This document shows, piece after piece, positions 1 through 8,467 of a stretch of DNA of 30,472 nucleotides; the first letter of the stretch is position 1, and each line of letters opens with the position of its first letter. A program made the position numbers and the translations under genes. The DNA lies in assembly GCA_037128035.1 (NCBI GenBank), contig JBAXXF010000001.1, positions 1 through 30,472 of the forward strand, given 5' to 3'. The DNA is from a bacterium. GTDB lineage: Bacteria; Bdellovibrionota; JAFGOL01. The notes under the pieces are model-generated. The model was given only the letters and a program-made list of their open reading frames with translations, was not told the DNA's origin and did not search any database.

Positions 1-7
1 TCCTTGA

Positions 8-217
8 ATGGATTTGAAAATACTAAGAGAAAAGAACGCAGCTCCAGCTTTTAATCCAAAGAACTATAGGAACAGCCCACTTATTAGAGAATTCTACAGG
101 TTCATAGCAAAGAATGGCTTAAGGACCGAAGCACATAGGATGTTCGAATCATCCAACACTATGAGAGATAAGACGAGTTATCTTTCAAGTATAACTATTT
201 CCAACACAACGAACTAA
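8..217 (+). CDS. small hypothetical protein (69 aa)
   Basis: ATG at 8, directly after an in-frame TGA (5-7). The basic helical core (NYRNSPLIREFYRFIAKNGLRTEAHRMF) looks protein-like. Its stop (215-217) abuts the stop of the convergent cyclase with a 0-bp gap. The RBS would lie outside the window. Confidence 0.55.
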   Translation: MDLKILREKNAAPAFNPKNYRNSPLIREFYRFIAKNGLRTEAHRMFESSNTMRDKTSYLSSITISNTTN

Positions 218-1117
218 TTAATTACAGACCTTATTTCTGCCGGATTCTTTAGCTCTATAGAGAGCTTTGTCCGCGGCTTCTAACAGCATTGTTGCAGTGT
301 CTTCTGCTTTCATTGAAGCTACACCAACGCTGATGTTTATTTGCATGCGGTTACCATCGAACACATATTCGTGGCCTTCTACGCCTTTTCTTATTCTCTC
401 TGCTATGTCCATGGCGGTCCTAAGGGGAGCTTCGCTTAGTACTATGCAGAACTCTTCACCGCCGTATCTACCCAACACGTCAGAGGCTCTTAGGACTTTG
501 TCCTTTAAAAGTCTGACGGTCTCTTTAAGTACATAATCGCCTGCAAGATGCCCGTACGTGTCATTTATCTTTTTGAAAAGATCCAGATCGAATATCAACA
601 TAGAGAAAGGTACTTCCAGCTTTTGGCATCTCTTGACCTCTGTCTCTAGGTAATCAAGGATGTATTTCCTGTTGTAACAGCCTGTAAGACCATCAAGGTG
701 TGCAAGGTTGTGCAGTTCATCATGGAACACGGTCTCTATACTACCTGATGGTATGTATTTGAATACGATGCTACCAAAACGGATCATATCACCGTGGCTG
801 GCTGTTTTGTTCTTTATTGGTTTATCATTTATATATGTACCGTTCGTGCTATCAAGATCAACGACCTGAAGGCTTTCTCCGTCGAATATTAATTCCGCAT
901 GTCTTCTGCTTACGCTTTCTTCTTGCACGGTTATATCAAGACCTGGATCTCTACCAACAAGGGTTGAGCCTTTGTTGATCGGATATTTCCTACCAATGAA
1001 TTTTCCGTTCATTTGTCTTAACGACGCCTTGTCCTTTTTTGCATTCTCAAGTTTTATGTTAAGGGTGTTGTTGCTTACAACATTTGTCTTATCTTTTGAT
1101 TTTTTGCTTCCGCCCAT
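218..1117 (-). CDS. FHA-GGDEF diguanylate cyclase (DgcB-like architecture)
   Basis: FHA residues are intact (VGR, SRRH, STNGT). The GGDEF domain has DGLTG, DLDLFKKINDTYGHLAGD, an RxxD I-site (RASD) and RYGGEEF. The N-terminal tail carries KTNVV. ATG immediately follows the pgi TAA. Confidence 0.95.
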   Translation of the reverse strand: MGGSKKSKDKTNVVSNNTLNIKLENAKKDKASLRQMNGKFIGRKYPINKGSTLVGRDPGLDITVQEESVSRRHAELIFDGESLQVVDLDSTNGTYINDKPIKNKTASHGDMIRFGSIVFKYIPSGSIETVFHDELHNLAHLDGLTGCYNRKYILDYLETEVKRCQKLEVPFSMLIFDLDLFKKINDTYGHLAGDYVLKETVRLLKDKVLRASDVLGRYGGEEFCIVLSEAPLRTAMDIAERIRKGVEGHEYVFDGNRMQINISVGVASMKAEDTATMLLEAADKALYRAKESGRNKVCN

Positions 1118-2389
1118 TTAGTACCCCTTTCTTCCCATCATTTTATAAGTATATTTTTTGCTAAGTTCAACACCTGGTTGATCAAAGGCATTAATGCCTA
1201 AGAACTCGCCGGTAAGAGCTACAGCTACTTCAAAGAACATGAATAGCGCACCTATATGGTAGGCATCTATCTGAGGGACCTCTATCCTTATTGAAGGTAC
1301 ATTATTCTCTGCCAAAGCTCTTTCTGTCGACATCATTTCTGCTCTTATAAGTTCGTGCATTGTATGTCCGGATAGATATGAGAAAGCCTCAACATCCACA
1401 TCGAATTTTGGCAACTCGACAGGAGTAGAAGACTTCTCTACGCCAATAAAGGTTATGAACTTATCTTTTGGTCCTTCCATGAACAGTTGAAGTTGTGAGT
1501 GCTGGTCAGTCGCTCCTGTTGCAAGAATAGGTGTCTGTCCTATCCCTGTTTTACCAAGACTTTCTGCCCAAAGTTGAACGTACCAAGCACTAAAATCCGC
1601 AAGTTTTGTGGAGTATGGCATGATAACTGAGCAATTACAGCCTCTAAGAAAGTGCAGGTGTTTAATGAACGCATATTTTAGAACTGGGTTCTCTTCTATA
1701 TTACTTGTTTGGCTGGCCTTAGCGATATCGTTTGCGCCTTTTACCAAAGCTTCTATATCCAGCCCGGCTACCGCTGCAGGAAGAAGTCCTACGTCCGTAA
1801 GTACACTGAACCTGCCGCCTATGTTCTGAGGGACCTCAAAGGCCTTAAAGCCCATTGATCTTACAAGAGGTCTTAGCGCACCTTTTTCTGGGTCCGTGGT
1901 CAGTATTATTCTCTTTATAGCCTCTTTTTTACCTAGCTTGTCGCAAAGTAGTTTGTATATTACAAGGAACTGCGACATCGTCTCAGCCGTTGAACCGGAT
2001 TTTGATATAACGTTGAACACCGTGGATGAAAGGTCCAGGCCGTTCAATAGCTCTGAGAAATTATCAGGGTCTATGTTGTCGGCAAAAGTGACCTTTGTTC
2101 CGCTCTGCGAGAAGCGATCAGTGAGGGCAGATATCATAGTCCTTCCACCCAGACTTGATCCTCCTATACCCAGAACAATAAGGTCCTTTGCATTATTCCG
2201 TGTCCAAGAAGCTGTCTCTTTTATATCCGTGGCCTTTTCCTTACTTAAAGTCACGTCCATAAAGCCCAATTCGCCTGACTTTCTTCTTGCGCCAAGCTTG
2301 TCCACAGCGTCTTTTAACTTAAAGGAGTCCTTGGACATCAGTTTTAAAACGTCATCGCTTATGGCCTTATCCCAATGTAATGAAAGCAT
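1118..2389 (-). CDS. pgi: glucose-6-phosphate isomerase
   Basis: Motifs GIGGSSLG, ISKSGSTAET, GGRFSV, QLWAESLGK, DQHSQLQ and FDQPGVE.K; GGAGA RBS upstream. Confidence 0.97.
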   Translation of the reverse strand: MLSLHWDKAISDDVLKLMSKDSFKLKDAVDKLGARRKSGELGFMDVTLSKEKATDIKETASWTRNNAKDLIVLGIGGSSLGGRTMISALTDRFSQSGTKVTFADNIDPDNFSELLNGLDLSSTVFNVISKSGSTAETMSQFLVIYKLLCDKLGKKEAIKRIILTTDPEKGALRPLVRSMGFKAFEVPQNIGGRFSVLTDVGLLPAAVAGLDIEALVKGANDIAKASQTSNIEENPVLKYAFIKHLHFLRGCNCSVIMPYSTKLADFSAWYVQLWAESLGKTGIGQTPILATGATDQHSQLQLFMEGPKDKFITFIGVEKSSTPVELPKFDVDVEAFSYLSGHTMHELIRAEMMSTERALAENNVPSIRIEVPQIDAYHIGALFMFFEVAVALTGEFLGINAFDQPGVELSKKYTYKMMGRKGY

Positions 2390-2409
2390 ATGAAATTCTC
2401 CTAATTATC

Positions 2410-2640
2410 TTAGTTTAATACAGACTGTTTGAGCAGGAATAGAACAGCTCCAAAGTAAAAGCTCCAAGCAAAAAGAAAACAAATGGTAATTATTCCCAGC
2501 CCTGTGAATACATTACGCATCAGCCTCTCTGTGTGTGGTGTTATCTTTAACATTGCAAAAAGGAATTTAGGCTGAAAAACAAAAAGAATGGCCAGGTTGA
2601 AAAGGATTATCTCAACGGCAGAAAGTGTTGATAGTTTCAT
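2410..2640 (-). CDS. small two-TM membrane protein (76 aa), unknown function
   Basis: Start reassigned to the ATG at 2640, which overlaps the engB stop (ATGA). Two hydrophobic segments; fills the gap between engB and pgi. Confidence 0.7.
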   Translation of the reverse strand: MKLSTLSAVEIILFNLAILFVFQPKFLFAMLKITPHTERLMRNVFTGLGIITICFLFAWSFYFGAVLFLLKQSVLN

Positions 2641-3227
2641 GCTTTGCGGTATGCCCTCAGCTTCTTTTTTAGTTCTTCTATACCGGTTCCCTTGTTTGCT
2701 GAAACAAGGAAGATCTCTTTGTCCATATCCTGCCATAAATTAGACACTTGGGCAAGTATATCCCTTTTTGCTTTTGATAGTTCAGAGCTCGATAGCTTGT
2801 CTATTTTCGTTAAGACAATATGAGGCTGGATCCCTTTATCTTTCAACCAGTTTATGAGTTGTATCTCCTCAAATTCCAGGCATCTTCTTACATCAGATAA
2901 GATCAGGGCACCGGCCAGCTGTTCCCTGCTGCCAAGATAGTCCTCTACGATCTCTTTCCAAACTTGTTTTACGGATACAGGGACCTTGGCATAACCGTAG
3001 CCAGGTAGATCGGCCAGGACGACTTTGTCGTCGTAATTATAGAAGTTGATGGACATCGTTTTGCCTGGCTTTGATGATGCTCTAGCCATGGATTTTCTGC
3101 CCAAAAGACCGTTTATAAGGGTCGACTTTCCACAATTGGAGCGGCCACAGACCGCTACTTCTGCCTTTCTGCTGTACGGATACTTGCCTTTTTCAAAAAC
3201 AGTCGCGATAAGAATCTTATTGTCCAT
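2637..3227 (-). CDS. engB: ribosome biogenesis GTP-binding protein YihA/YsxC
   Basis: G1 GRSNCGKS, G3 DLPGYGYA, G4 TKIDK, G5 SA; AAAGGA RBS. Confidence 0.96.
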   Translation of the reverse strand: MDNKILIATVFEKGKYPYSRKAEVAVCGRSNCGKSTLINGLLGRKSMARASSKPGKTMSINFYNYDDKVVLADLPGYGYAKVPVSVKQVWKEIVEDYLGSREQLAGALILSDVRRCLEFEEIQLINWLKDKGIQPHIVLTKIDKLSSSELSKAKRDILAQVSNLWQDMDKEIFLVSANKGTGIEELKKKLRAYRKA

Positions 3228-3251
3228 ATTTTTCCTTTAAACCCATATGAA

Positions 3252-3280
3252 ATTATAGTATGTAAATTGGATAAATTCAA
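3252..3280 (-). promoter_or_regulatory. sigma70-type promoter for the engB-orf-pgi-dgc operon
   Basis: On the minus strand, TTGAAT (3280-3275), a 17-bp spacer and TATAAT (3257-3252). It overlaps a plus-strand TATAGT (3254-3259). Confidence 0.65.
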
Positions 3281-3294
3281 ATGGGAGATTACAC

Positions 3295-4092
3295 ATGGAG
3301 TTCCTTTTTAGCATTGTTGCGCACAGATTGACTATCGGTTTGAGAGGAGTTATAGACGGTAGTTTTAGGATAACCAATGAAATTTGGAAGCTCCTAGAGG
3401 ACAACGAAAATATTTCAGAAATCGTCTTTGTTTTGAGGAAAGTTGAGAATTTTGATGAAAAAGGCGTAGAAGCCTGGATATCGGAGGTAAAGAAGGTAAC
3501 GGACAAGGGCTACACTCTTACACTTATTGAGTGTCCTCGTCCTCTTTTGGAGCCGCTGCTTAAGGATAAACGCTCTCCAAAGGTCCTAAGGTCCTTCATA
3601 GTAACGTATTACTGCAGCAACTGTAACGAGGAATTCCCTCAATTAATAAATACAAATTCAATGTCGTTGTCTTTTGCGGCCTATAGCAAGCCGACATGTC
3701 CTATCTGTGGCAGTAGATTGAGCCTGGACATTACAGAGGATGAGATAGAGAGGATAACCAGTCTACTACCTATAAAGGATACATATAGCGACAAGAGAAA
3801 ATACCCAAGGTTCGACGCCTCTCTTTATAAACTAAAGGCAAAGGTCATAAGAAAGAAGGATAATGAGGAAGCTTATTTTGACCTTGTTAACTTCAGCGAG
3901 GCTGGCATATGCATCGTTGGAAGAAAATGTTTCGAACCAGGTGACAGCATAAAAGTAGAAGTAGTACATAAAGGTAAAAGAGCTGTCGTTGAAGGCACCA
4001 TCGTTTGGCACTCTCTGGAAGGAAAGACCGACTGTTTCCACGGTGTATCTTTGTCTTCCAAAGACATATTCTATCTTCTCATAAAGGAGTAA
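3295..4092 (+). CDS. STAS-like + Zn-ribbon + C-terminal PilZ domain protein
   Basis: N-terminal STAS-like pattern (GVID...VENFDEKGVEAW...LIEC), Cys pairs CSNC and CPIC, then PilZ motifs RKYPR (RxxxR), NFSEAG (D/NxSxxG) and GTIVW; GGGAG RBS. Confidence 0.8.
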   Translation: MEFLFSIVAHRLTIGLRGVIDGSFRITNEIWKLLEDNENISEIVFVLRKVENFDEKGVEAWISEVKKVTDKGYTLTLIECPRPLLEPLLKDKRSPKVLRSFIVTYYCSNCNEEFPQLINTNSMSLSFAAYSKPTCPICGSRLSLDITEDEIERITSLLPIKDTYSDKRKYPRFDASLYKLKAKVIRKKDNEEAYFDLVNFSEAGICIVGRKCFEPGDSIKVEVVHKGKRAVVEGTIVWHSLEGKTDCFHGVSLSSKDIFYLLIKE

Positions 4093-4101
4093 GTTCAACT
4101 T

Positions 4102-5322
4102 ATGAAGGTATTGGTAATTAATTGCGGAAGTTCTTCCGTAAAATTTCAGTTCGTAGAAACGGCGACACATGAAAAACTTGCATGGGGCATGGCAGAAAGG
4201 ATCGGAGAAAAAGAATCCCTGTTCTCATATAAGAACTACAAAGGCTACTCGCTTTCTAAATCAAAGTGCGTCTTTGGTGATCATGAACAGGCTATTAAAA
4301 GGATAGCAGATAATCTTCAGGACCCAGAGGTTGGTGTTATAACAAGCAAGGACGATATAGATGGTATCGGCCACAGGGTAGTTCATGGTGCAGAAGAGTT
4401 TTGCTCTTCTGTAAAGATCACTGACGATGTAATTAGCGTTCTAAAGAAATTCATATTTCTTGCGCCGCTTCATAATCCAGCCAACATACTTGGTATAGAA
4501 GTCTGTAGAAAGCTTTTCCCTGCTCACACTCAATGCGGGGTTTTTGATACAGCTTTTCATCAGAAGATGCCTAAGCATGCATTTTTGTACGCGATACCTC
4601 AATCGTTCTATTACGAGCATAAGATAAAGAGATATGGCTTCCACGGGACCTCACACAGGTTTGTTTCTAAAGAGGCTGCTAGGTTGCTGGGAAAAGATAT
4701 ACAGGACCTTAAGATAATAACTTGCCATCTTGGTAATGGCGCCAGCGTTGCTGCTATAAAAGGCGGTATTAGCGTAGACACATCAATGGGCTTAACGCCA
4801 CTTGAGGGTTTGATCATGGGAACGCGTGGTGGAGATATGGACCCTGCTCTTCCATTGTTCCTGATGGAGAACTTGAAGATGTCAGAAAAAGAGGTCAATA
4901 ACCTGCTTAATAAGAAAAGCGGGATACTAGGGATAACAGGCGGAAAATGTAACGATATGCGTGTCCTTCATGACCTTATAGCGCAGGGCGACAAGGATGC
5001 CATCCTTGCTTTGGAGATGTACTGCTATAGACTTAAAAAATATATTGGCTCATATACAGCGGCGTTGGGAGGTCTTGACGCACTGGTGTTTACAGGTGGA
5101 ATTGGTGAAAATGATGAGTTCGTAAGGGAATACGCCACCGATGGTCTTGAGTGGTTGGGTATAAGGCTTGATAAAAAGCTAAACCTTGAACTTAACAGAG
5201 TTGAGGCAAAGATCTCAGCGTCTGATTCAACGGTGCCTATTTTTATAATCCCTACAAATGAAGAACTCGTAATAGCTTTGGATACAGAAAAGCTTATTAA
5301 GGGTCAAACTGTTGATTATTAA
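4102..5322 (+). CDS. ackA: acetate kinase
   Basis: Motifs INCGSSS, GHRVVHG, APLHNP, VFDTAFH, RYGFHGTSH, HLGNGAS, TSMGLTPLEG and PTNEE. Confidence 0.97.
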   Translation: MKVLVINCGSSSVKFQFVETATHEKLAWGMAERIGEKESLFSYKNYKGYSLSKSKCVFGDHEQAIKRIADNLQDPEVGVITSKDDIDGIGHRVVHGAEEFCSSVKITDDVISVLKKFIFLAPLHNPANILGIEVCRKLFPAHTQCGVFDTAFHQKMPKHAFLYAIPQSFYYEHKIKRYGFHGTSHRFVSKEAARLLGKDIQDLKIITCHLGNGASVAAIKGGISVDTSMGLTPLEGLIMGTRGGDMDPALPLFLMENLKMSEKEVNNLLNKKSGILGITGGKCNDMRVLHDLIAQGDKDAILALEMYCYRLKKYIGSYTAALGGLDALVFTGGIGENDEFVREYATDGLEWLGIRLDKKLNLELNRVEAKISASDSTVPIFIIPTNEELVIALDTEKLIKGQTVDY

Positions 5323-5329
5323 GTACGGC

Positions 5330-5359
5330 TTGACACCGGTAACTCATTGATAGTAAAAA
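5330..5359 (+). promoter_or_regulatory. possible sigma70 promoter for metK
   Basis: Perfect TTGACA at 5330-5335; the -10 candidates (TAGTAA or TAAAAA) are imperfect. Confidence 0.35.
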
Positions 5360-5394
5360 CCTTAACTAAATTATTTCTCAGGAGGAATAAAAAC

Positions 5395-6561
5395 ATGGCA
5401 GGAGATTACATCTTTACATCTGAATCTGTGACAGAAGGACATCCGGATAAAATCGCAGATCAGATCTCAGACTCTATTCTTGAGGCAATGCTCAAGGATG
5501 ACCCAACTTCCAGAGTGGCATGTGAGACACTTGTGACCACAGGTATGGCTTTTATAGCCGGCGAGATCACAACTAATACTTACGTCGATATGCCATCTAT
5601 CGTTAGAGCAACTATAAAAAGAATTGGTTATACCCATTCCGATATGGGTTATGACTGGGAAACTTGCGCAGTTATGACATCTATAGATAAGCAGTCACCA
5701 GACATCGCACAGGGTGTTGATGAAGGTGCTGGTCTATACAAAGAACAGGGCGCTGGCGACCAAGGTATGATGTTCGGTTTTGCATGCAGAGACACAAACG
5801 TGTATATGCCTGCTCCGATATATTATGCTCATGAACTGGCCAAGAAACTTACTGATGTAAGAAAGACAGGCAGGATCTTGGAACTTAGGCCTGATGGAAA
5901 GACCCAGGTCACAGTTAGATACGAGAACAACAAGCCTGTTGAAATAACAACAGTAGTTGTATCCACTCAGCATTCAGACAATATCACATACAAAAAACTT
6001 CAAGAGTCGATAGTAGAAGAGGTCGTTAAGCCGATCCTTCCTGCTCATCTTCTTAAGAACCCTAAGTATTACATCAATCCTACAGGAAGATTCGTAGTTG
6101 GTGGACCACAGGGAGATTGCGGATTGACTGGCAGAAAGATCATCGTTGATACATACGGCGGTTATTCACGTCACGGCGGCGGTGCTTTCTCTGGAAAAGA
6201 TCCATCAAAAGTTGACCGTTCAGCTGCTTATGCCGCAAGGTACATAGCAAAGAACATAGTTGCTGCAGGTCTTGCAGATAAGTGCGAGATAGAACTTGCT
6301 TATGCAATAGGTGTTGCTGACCCACTTTCTGTACTTGTAGAGGATTTTGGAACAAGCAAAGTAGATCACAATAAGCTTGTTGCTGCAGTAAGAGAGATAT
6401 TCCCTTTGAAGCCTGCTGATATAATCAACAGACTTAACCTAAGGGCAGTTCCTTACAGCAAGACAGCTGCTTATGGTCACTTTGGAAGAGAAGAAGAAGG
6501 TTTCACATGGGAAATATTGGACAAAGTTGATGCCCTAAAATCTTTCTTCAACATTAAATAG
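5395..6561 (+). CDS. metK: S-adenosylmethionine synthetase
   Basis: Motifs [19 protein letters not shown] and GGGAFSGKD. Start moved to the ATG at 5395, behind an AGGAGG RBS. Confidence 0.98.
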   Translation: MAGDYIFTSESVTEGHPDKIADQISDSILEAMLKDDPTSRVACETLVTTGMAFIAGEITTNTYVDMPSIVRATIKRIGYTHSDMGYDWETCAVMTSIDKQSPDIAQGVDEGAGLYKEQGAGDQGMMFGFACRDTNVYMPAPIYYAHELAKKLTDVRKTGRILELRPDGKTQVTVRYENNKPVEITTVVVSTQHSDNITYKKLQESIVEEVVKPILPAHLLKNPKYYINPTGRFVVGGPQGDCGLTGRKIIVDTYGGYSRHGGGAFSGKDPSKVDRSAAYAARYIAKNIVAAGLADKCEIELAYAIGVADPLSVLVEDFGTSKVDHNKLVAAVREIFPLKPADIINRLNLRAVPYSKTAAYGHFGREEEGFTWEILDKVDALKSFFNIK

Positions 6562-6583
6562 AAAGACCAAGTTACTATACATT

Positions 6584-6618
6584 AAAAGCCCCTCTCCAAA
6601 AGAGAGGGGCTTTTTTTT
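6584..6618 (+). terminator. intrinsic terminator after metK
   Basis: AAAAGCCCCTCTC-caaaa-GAGAGGGGC followed by T8. Confidence 0.9.
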
Positions 6619-6646
6619 GCCCCTGTTTAGGGCTGAATCTATAAAC

Positions 6647-6675
6647 TTGCCCAAATCATTTAGAAAGGTTACAAT
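6647..6675 (+). promoter_or_regulatory. sigma70-type promoter, probably giving a leaderless mRNA
   Basis: TTGCCC (6647-6652), a 17-bp spacer and TACAAT (6670-6675); the ATG follows after only 6 nt. Confidence 0.6.
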
Positions 6676-6681
6676 TCAAAT

Positions 6682-7710
6682 ATGCTAAAGATCACTCTTG
6701 AACAGATCCGTGGAGAAGGTGCAGGAAGATTATATACCATCCCTAGGGGTACTGTTAAGATCGGAAGAAAGAACACCGACATAGAAATACCAAATGAAAG
6801 GATATCTGGGGTGCACGCGGAGATACACTACAGTGGTACCAGGGTCTTTATAATAGATAGGAACAGCACCAATGGTACCTACGTTAATGCTAGAAGGATA
6901 AGAAGAACACCTTTAAAGGATGGCGATATCATAACTCTGGCGGGGACTGGCGAAAAGTCCGTTGCTGTATTCAAACTGAACATAAGCGGTGAAGGAAGCA
7001 AGATAGTCTATATTCTCAACAGAAGCATGGAGACCCCAAGCAAGTACCTGTATATGTTACTCGCATTTGCTCTGGTCCTTTTCTTTGTCTGGCTCCTTAT
7101 ACCTGTGAAAGATAATATGTCACTGAAAGGTGGGGAGAGACCATGGGAAGAGGCTGTAGAGATGTTGCCTGCCTATGGTGGTTCAAGACTTACTATCGCC
7201 TTGAACGATACCATCGTATTGCCTCAGGGCGGTGACTGGAAGAGCGATGTAAAATACGAGCTAGGGCAAGACACAGGTGTTTATGAGCCAAGGGTCTATG
7301 TGGTAGATCTGTGGGATGATGTGTCAAGCTCTCCATCGTCGGATAAGGTCATTCAGGCCAGTTTGACCATCCAAAGGTTCAAGGATAATTTTACAGGCGG
7401 AGTCGACGAACAAAGAATAAAAAGTTTTATTTGGCATGAAACAAAGTTCTTATCTGAGAACAAGATAGATAAAAAATTCTCATATTCAAAATCCTCTATC
7501 GGTGTATGGCAGTGGGTAGTATGGCAGGACGACACAAAGTTCAACCTATACGCTTCATGTGTTACAAAAAGAGGAAGGATATTGATCCAAGCTTCTGCCT
7601 TTGATATCTACGTCCTAAAAAGATTTTTCCAGTATGTTGCCAATTCGTATCAAGAGGGCGTGGCGCCTAGCACGGCACCTATAACTGATTCAGATATACA
7701 ATCAAGATAG
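6682..7710 (+). CDS. FHA domain - TM helix - extracytoplasmic domain protein
   Basis: Intact FHA (IGR, SGVH, STNGT, GDII), one TM helix (YLYMLLAFALVLFFVWLLI) and a ~190-aa C-terminal alpha/beta domain. Confidence 0.88.
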   Translation: MLKITLEQIRGEGAGRLYTIPRGTVKIGRKNTDIEIPNERISGVHAEIHYSGTRVFIIDRNSTNGTYVNARRIRRTPLKDGDIITLAGTGEKSVAVFKLNISGEGSKIVYILNRSMETPSKYLYMLLAFALVLFFVWLLIPVKDNMSLKGGERPWEEAVEMLPAYGGSRLTIALNDTIVLPQGGDWKSDVKYELGQDTGVYEPRVYVVDLWDDVSSSPSSDKVIQASLTIQRFKDNFTGGVDEQRIKSFIWHETKFLSENKIDKKFSYSKSSIGVWQWVVWQDDTKFNLYASCVTKRGRILIQASAFDIYVLKRFFQYVANSYQEGVAPSTAPITDSDIQSR

Positions 7711-7712
7711 CT

Positions 7713-8438
7713 TTATTTTCTAAGACCTCTGACCACTACTTTATTCCCAGGCAACGTTGCATCCATCGTCGAGGCTTTTTCGCCATTCGATCTAAGATCG
7801 GCCATGACCTTTGCTATGTTCTTAAGACTTTGATCAAGCTTACTTATGCTGACAAGTATCTTAATGTTCTCATCAGAGAGGTAGATAGTAAGGATATCTC
7901 CGTCTAAGAACACTTCTGATATATCTGGATTTTTCATATAATCCAGCAGAGCGATGACCTTTGCATATTCTTCCGGCTTGGCATTTATAACAGGCATGTT
8001 CGTTTTAAAACCGGGGATAAGCTTGTCTATGACCTTTCCCTCGTTATCCAGGTAATAGATCATGTCGTTTACCCTGGTTAGGGCCTTGACCTCTTTACTT
8101 TGGACAGTTATCTCCACCGTTGAAGGTAGGGACCTTCTGATGCTTACTTTTCTTACCCAGGGGTGTCCTTTTATGCGTTTTTTTGCATCGCTAAGGGAGA
8201 CATTATATATTCCCTGACCCTTGTTGAGGCCAGAAAGGCTAAGGATTTGAGCCTTTTGGATGTGCGAAGGGGCTATTACATTTATTGCAGTTATTTTTAA
8301 AGCATCAAGGTTCTCTATGGATCTTACAGCATATTGGCATCCTTTAAAAAGACCGAACACGATAAGGGCCAGGATCGCCAGGGCTACGATTTTCCTGCCG
8401 AGCTTTTTTTTCTTTTTTTTAGGCTGATATAGTTTCAT
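7713..8438 (-). CDS. ftsQ: cell division protein FtsQ/DivIB (POTRA)
   Basis: Basic N-terminus, a single TM, a POTRA domain (...HPWVRKVSIRRSLPSTVEITV) and a beta domain (YYLDNEGKVI). Start reassigned to the ATG at 8438 because the longer ORF overlaps ftsA. Confidence 0.88.
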   Translation of the reverse strand: MKLYQPKKKKKKLGRKIVALAILALIVFGLFKGCQYAVRSIENLDALKITAINVIAPSHIQKAQILSLSGLNKGQGIYNVSLSDAKKRIKGHPWVRKVSIRRSLPSTVEITVQSKEVKALTRVNDMIYYLDNEGKVIDKLIPGFKTNMPVINAKPEEYAKVIALLDYMKNPDISEVFLDGDILTIYLSDENIKILVSISKLDQSLKNIAKVMADLRSNGEKASTMDATLPGNKVVVRGLRK

Positions 8439-8450
8439 ACGACTCAAAGA

Positions 8451-8462
8451 TATTATATAATA
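8451..8462. promoter_or_regulatory. palindromic bidirectional -10 element between ftsQ and ftsA
   Basis: TATTATATAATA is a perfect palindrome giving TATAAT on + (8456-8461) and on - (8457-8452), within a 29-bp intergenic gap. Confidence 0.65.
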
Positions 8463-8467
8463 CGCGC

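Noticed and set aside
1896-2393. Long antisense ORFs, also 20885-21349, 22582-22995 and 25965-26513
   Set aside because: They lie fully opposite well-conserved genes and have Ser/Leu/Ile-rich shadow composition.
5323-5394. SAM riboswitch upstream of metK
   Set aside because: The region is only 72 bp, mostly promoter and RBS, with no recognisable SAM-I or SAM-II core.
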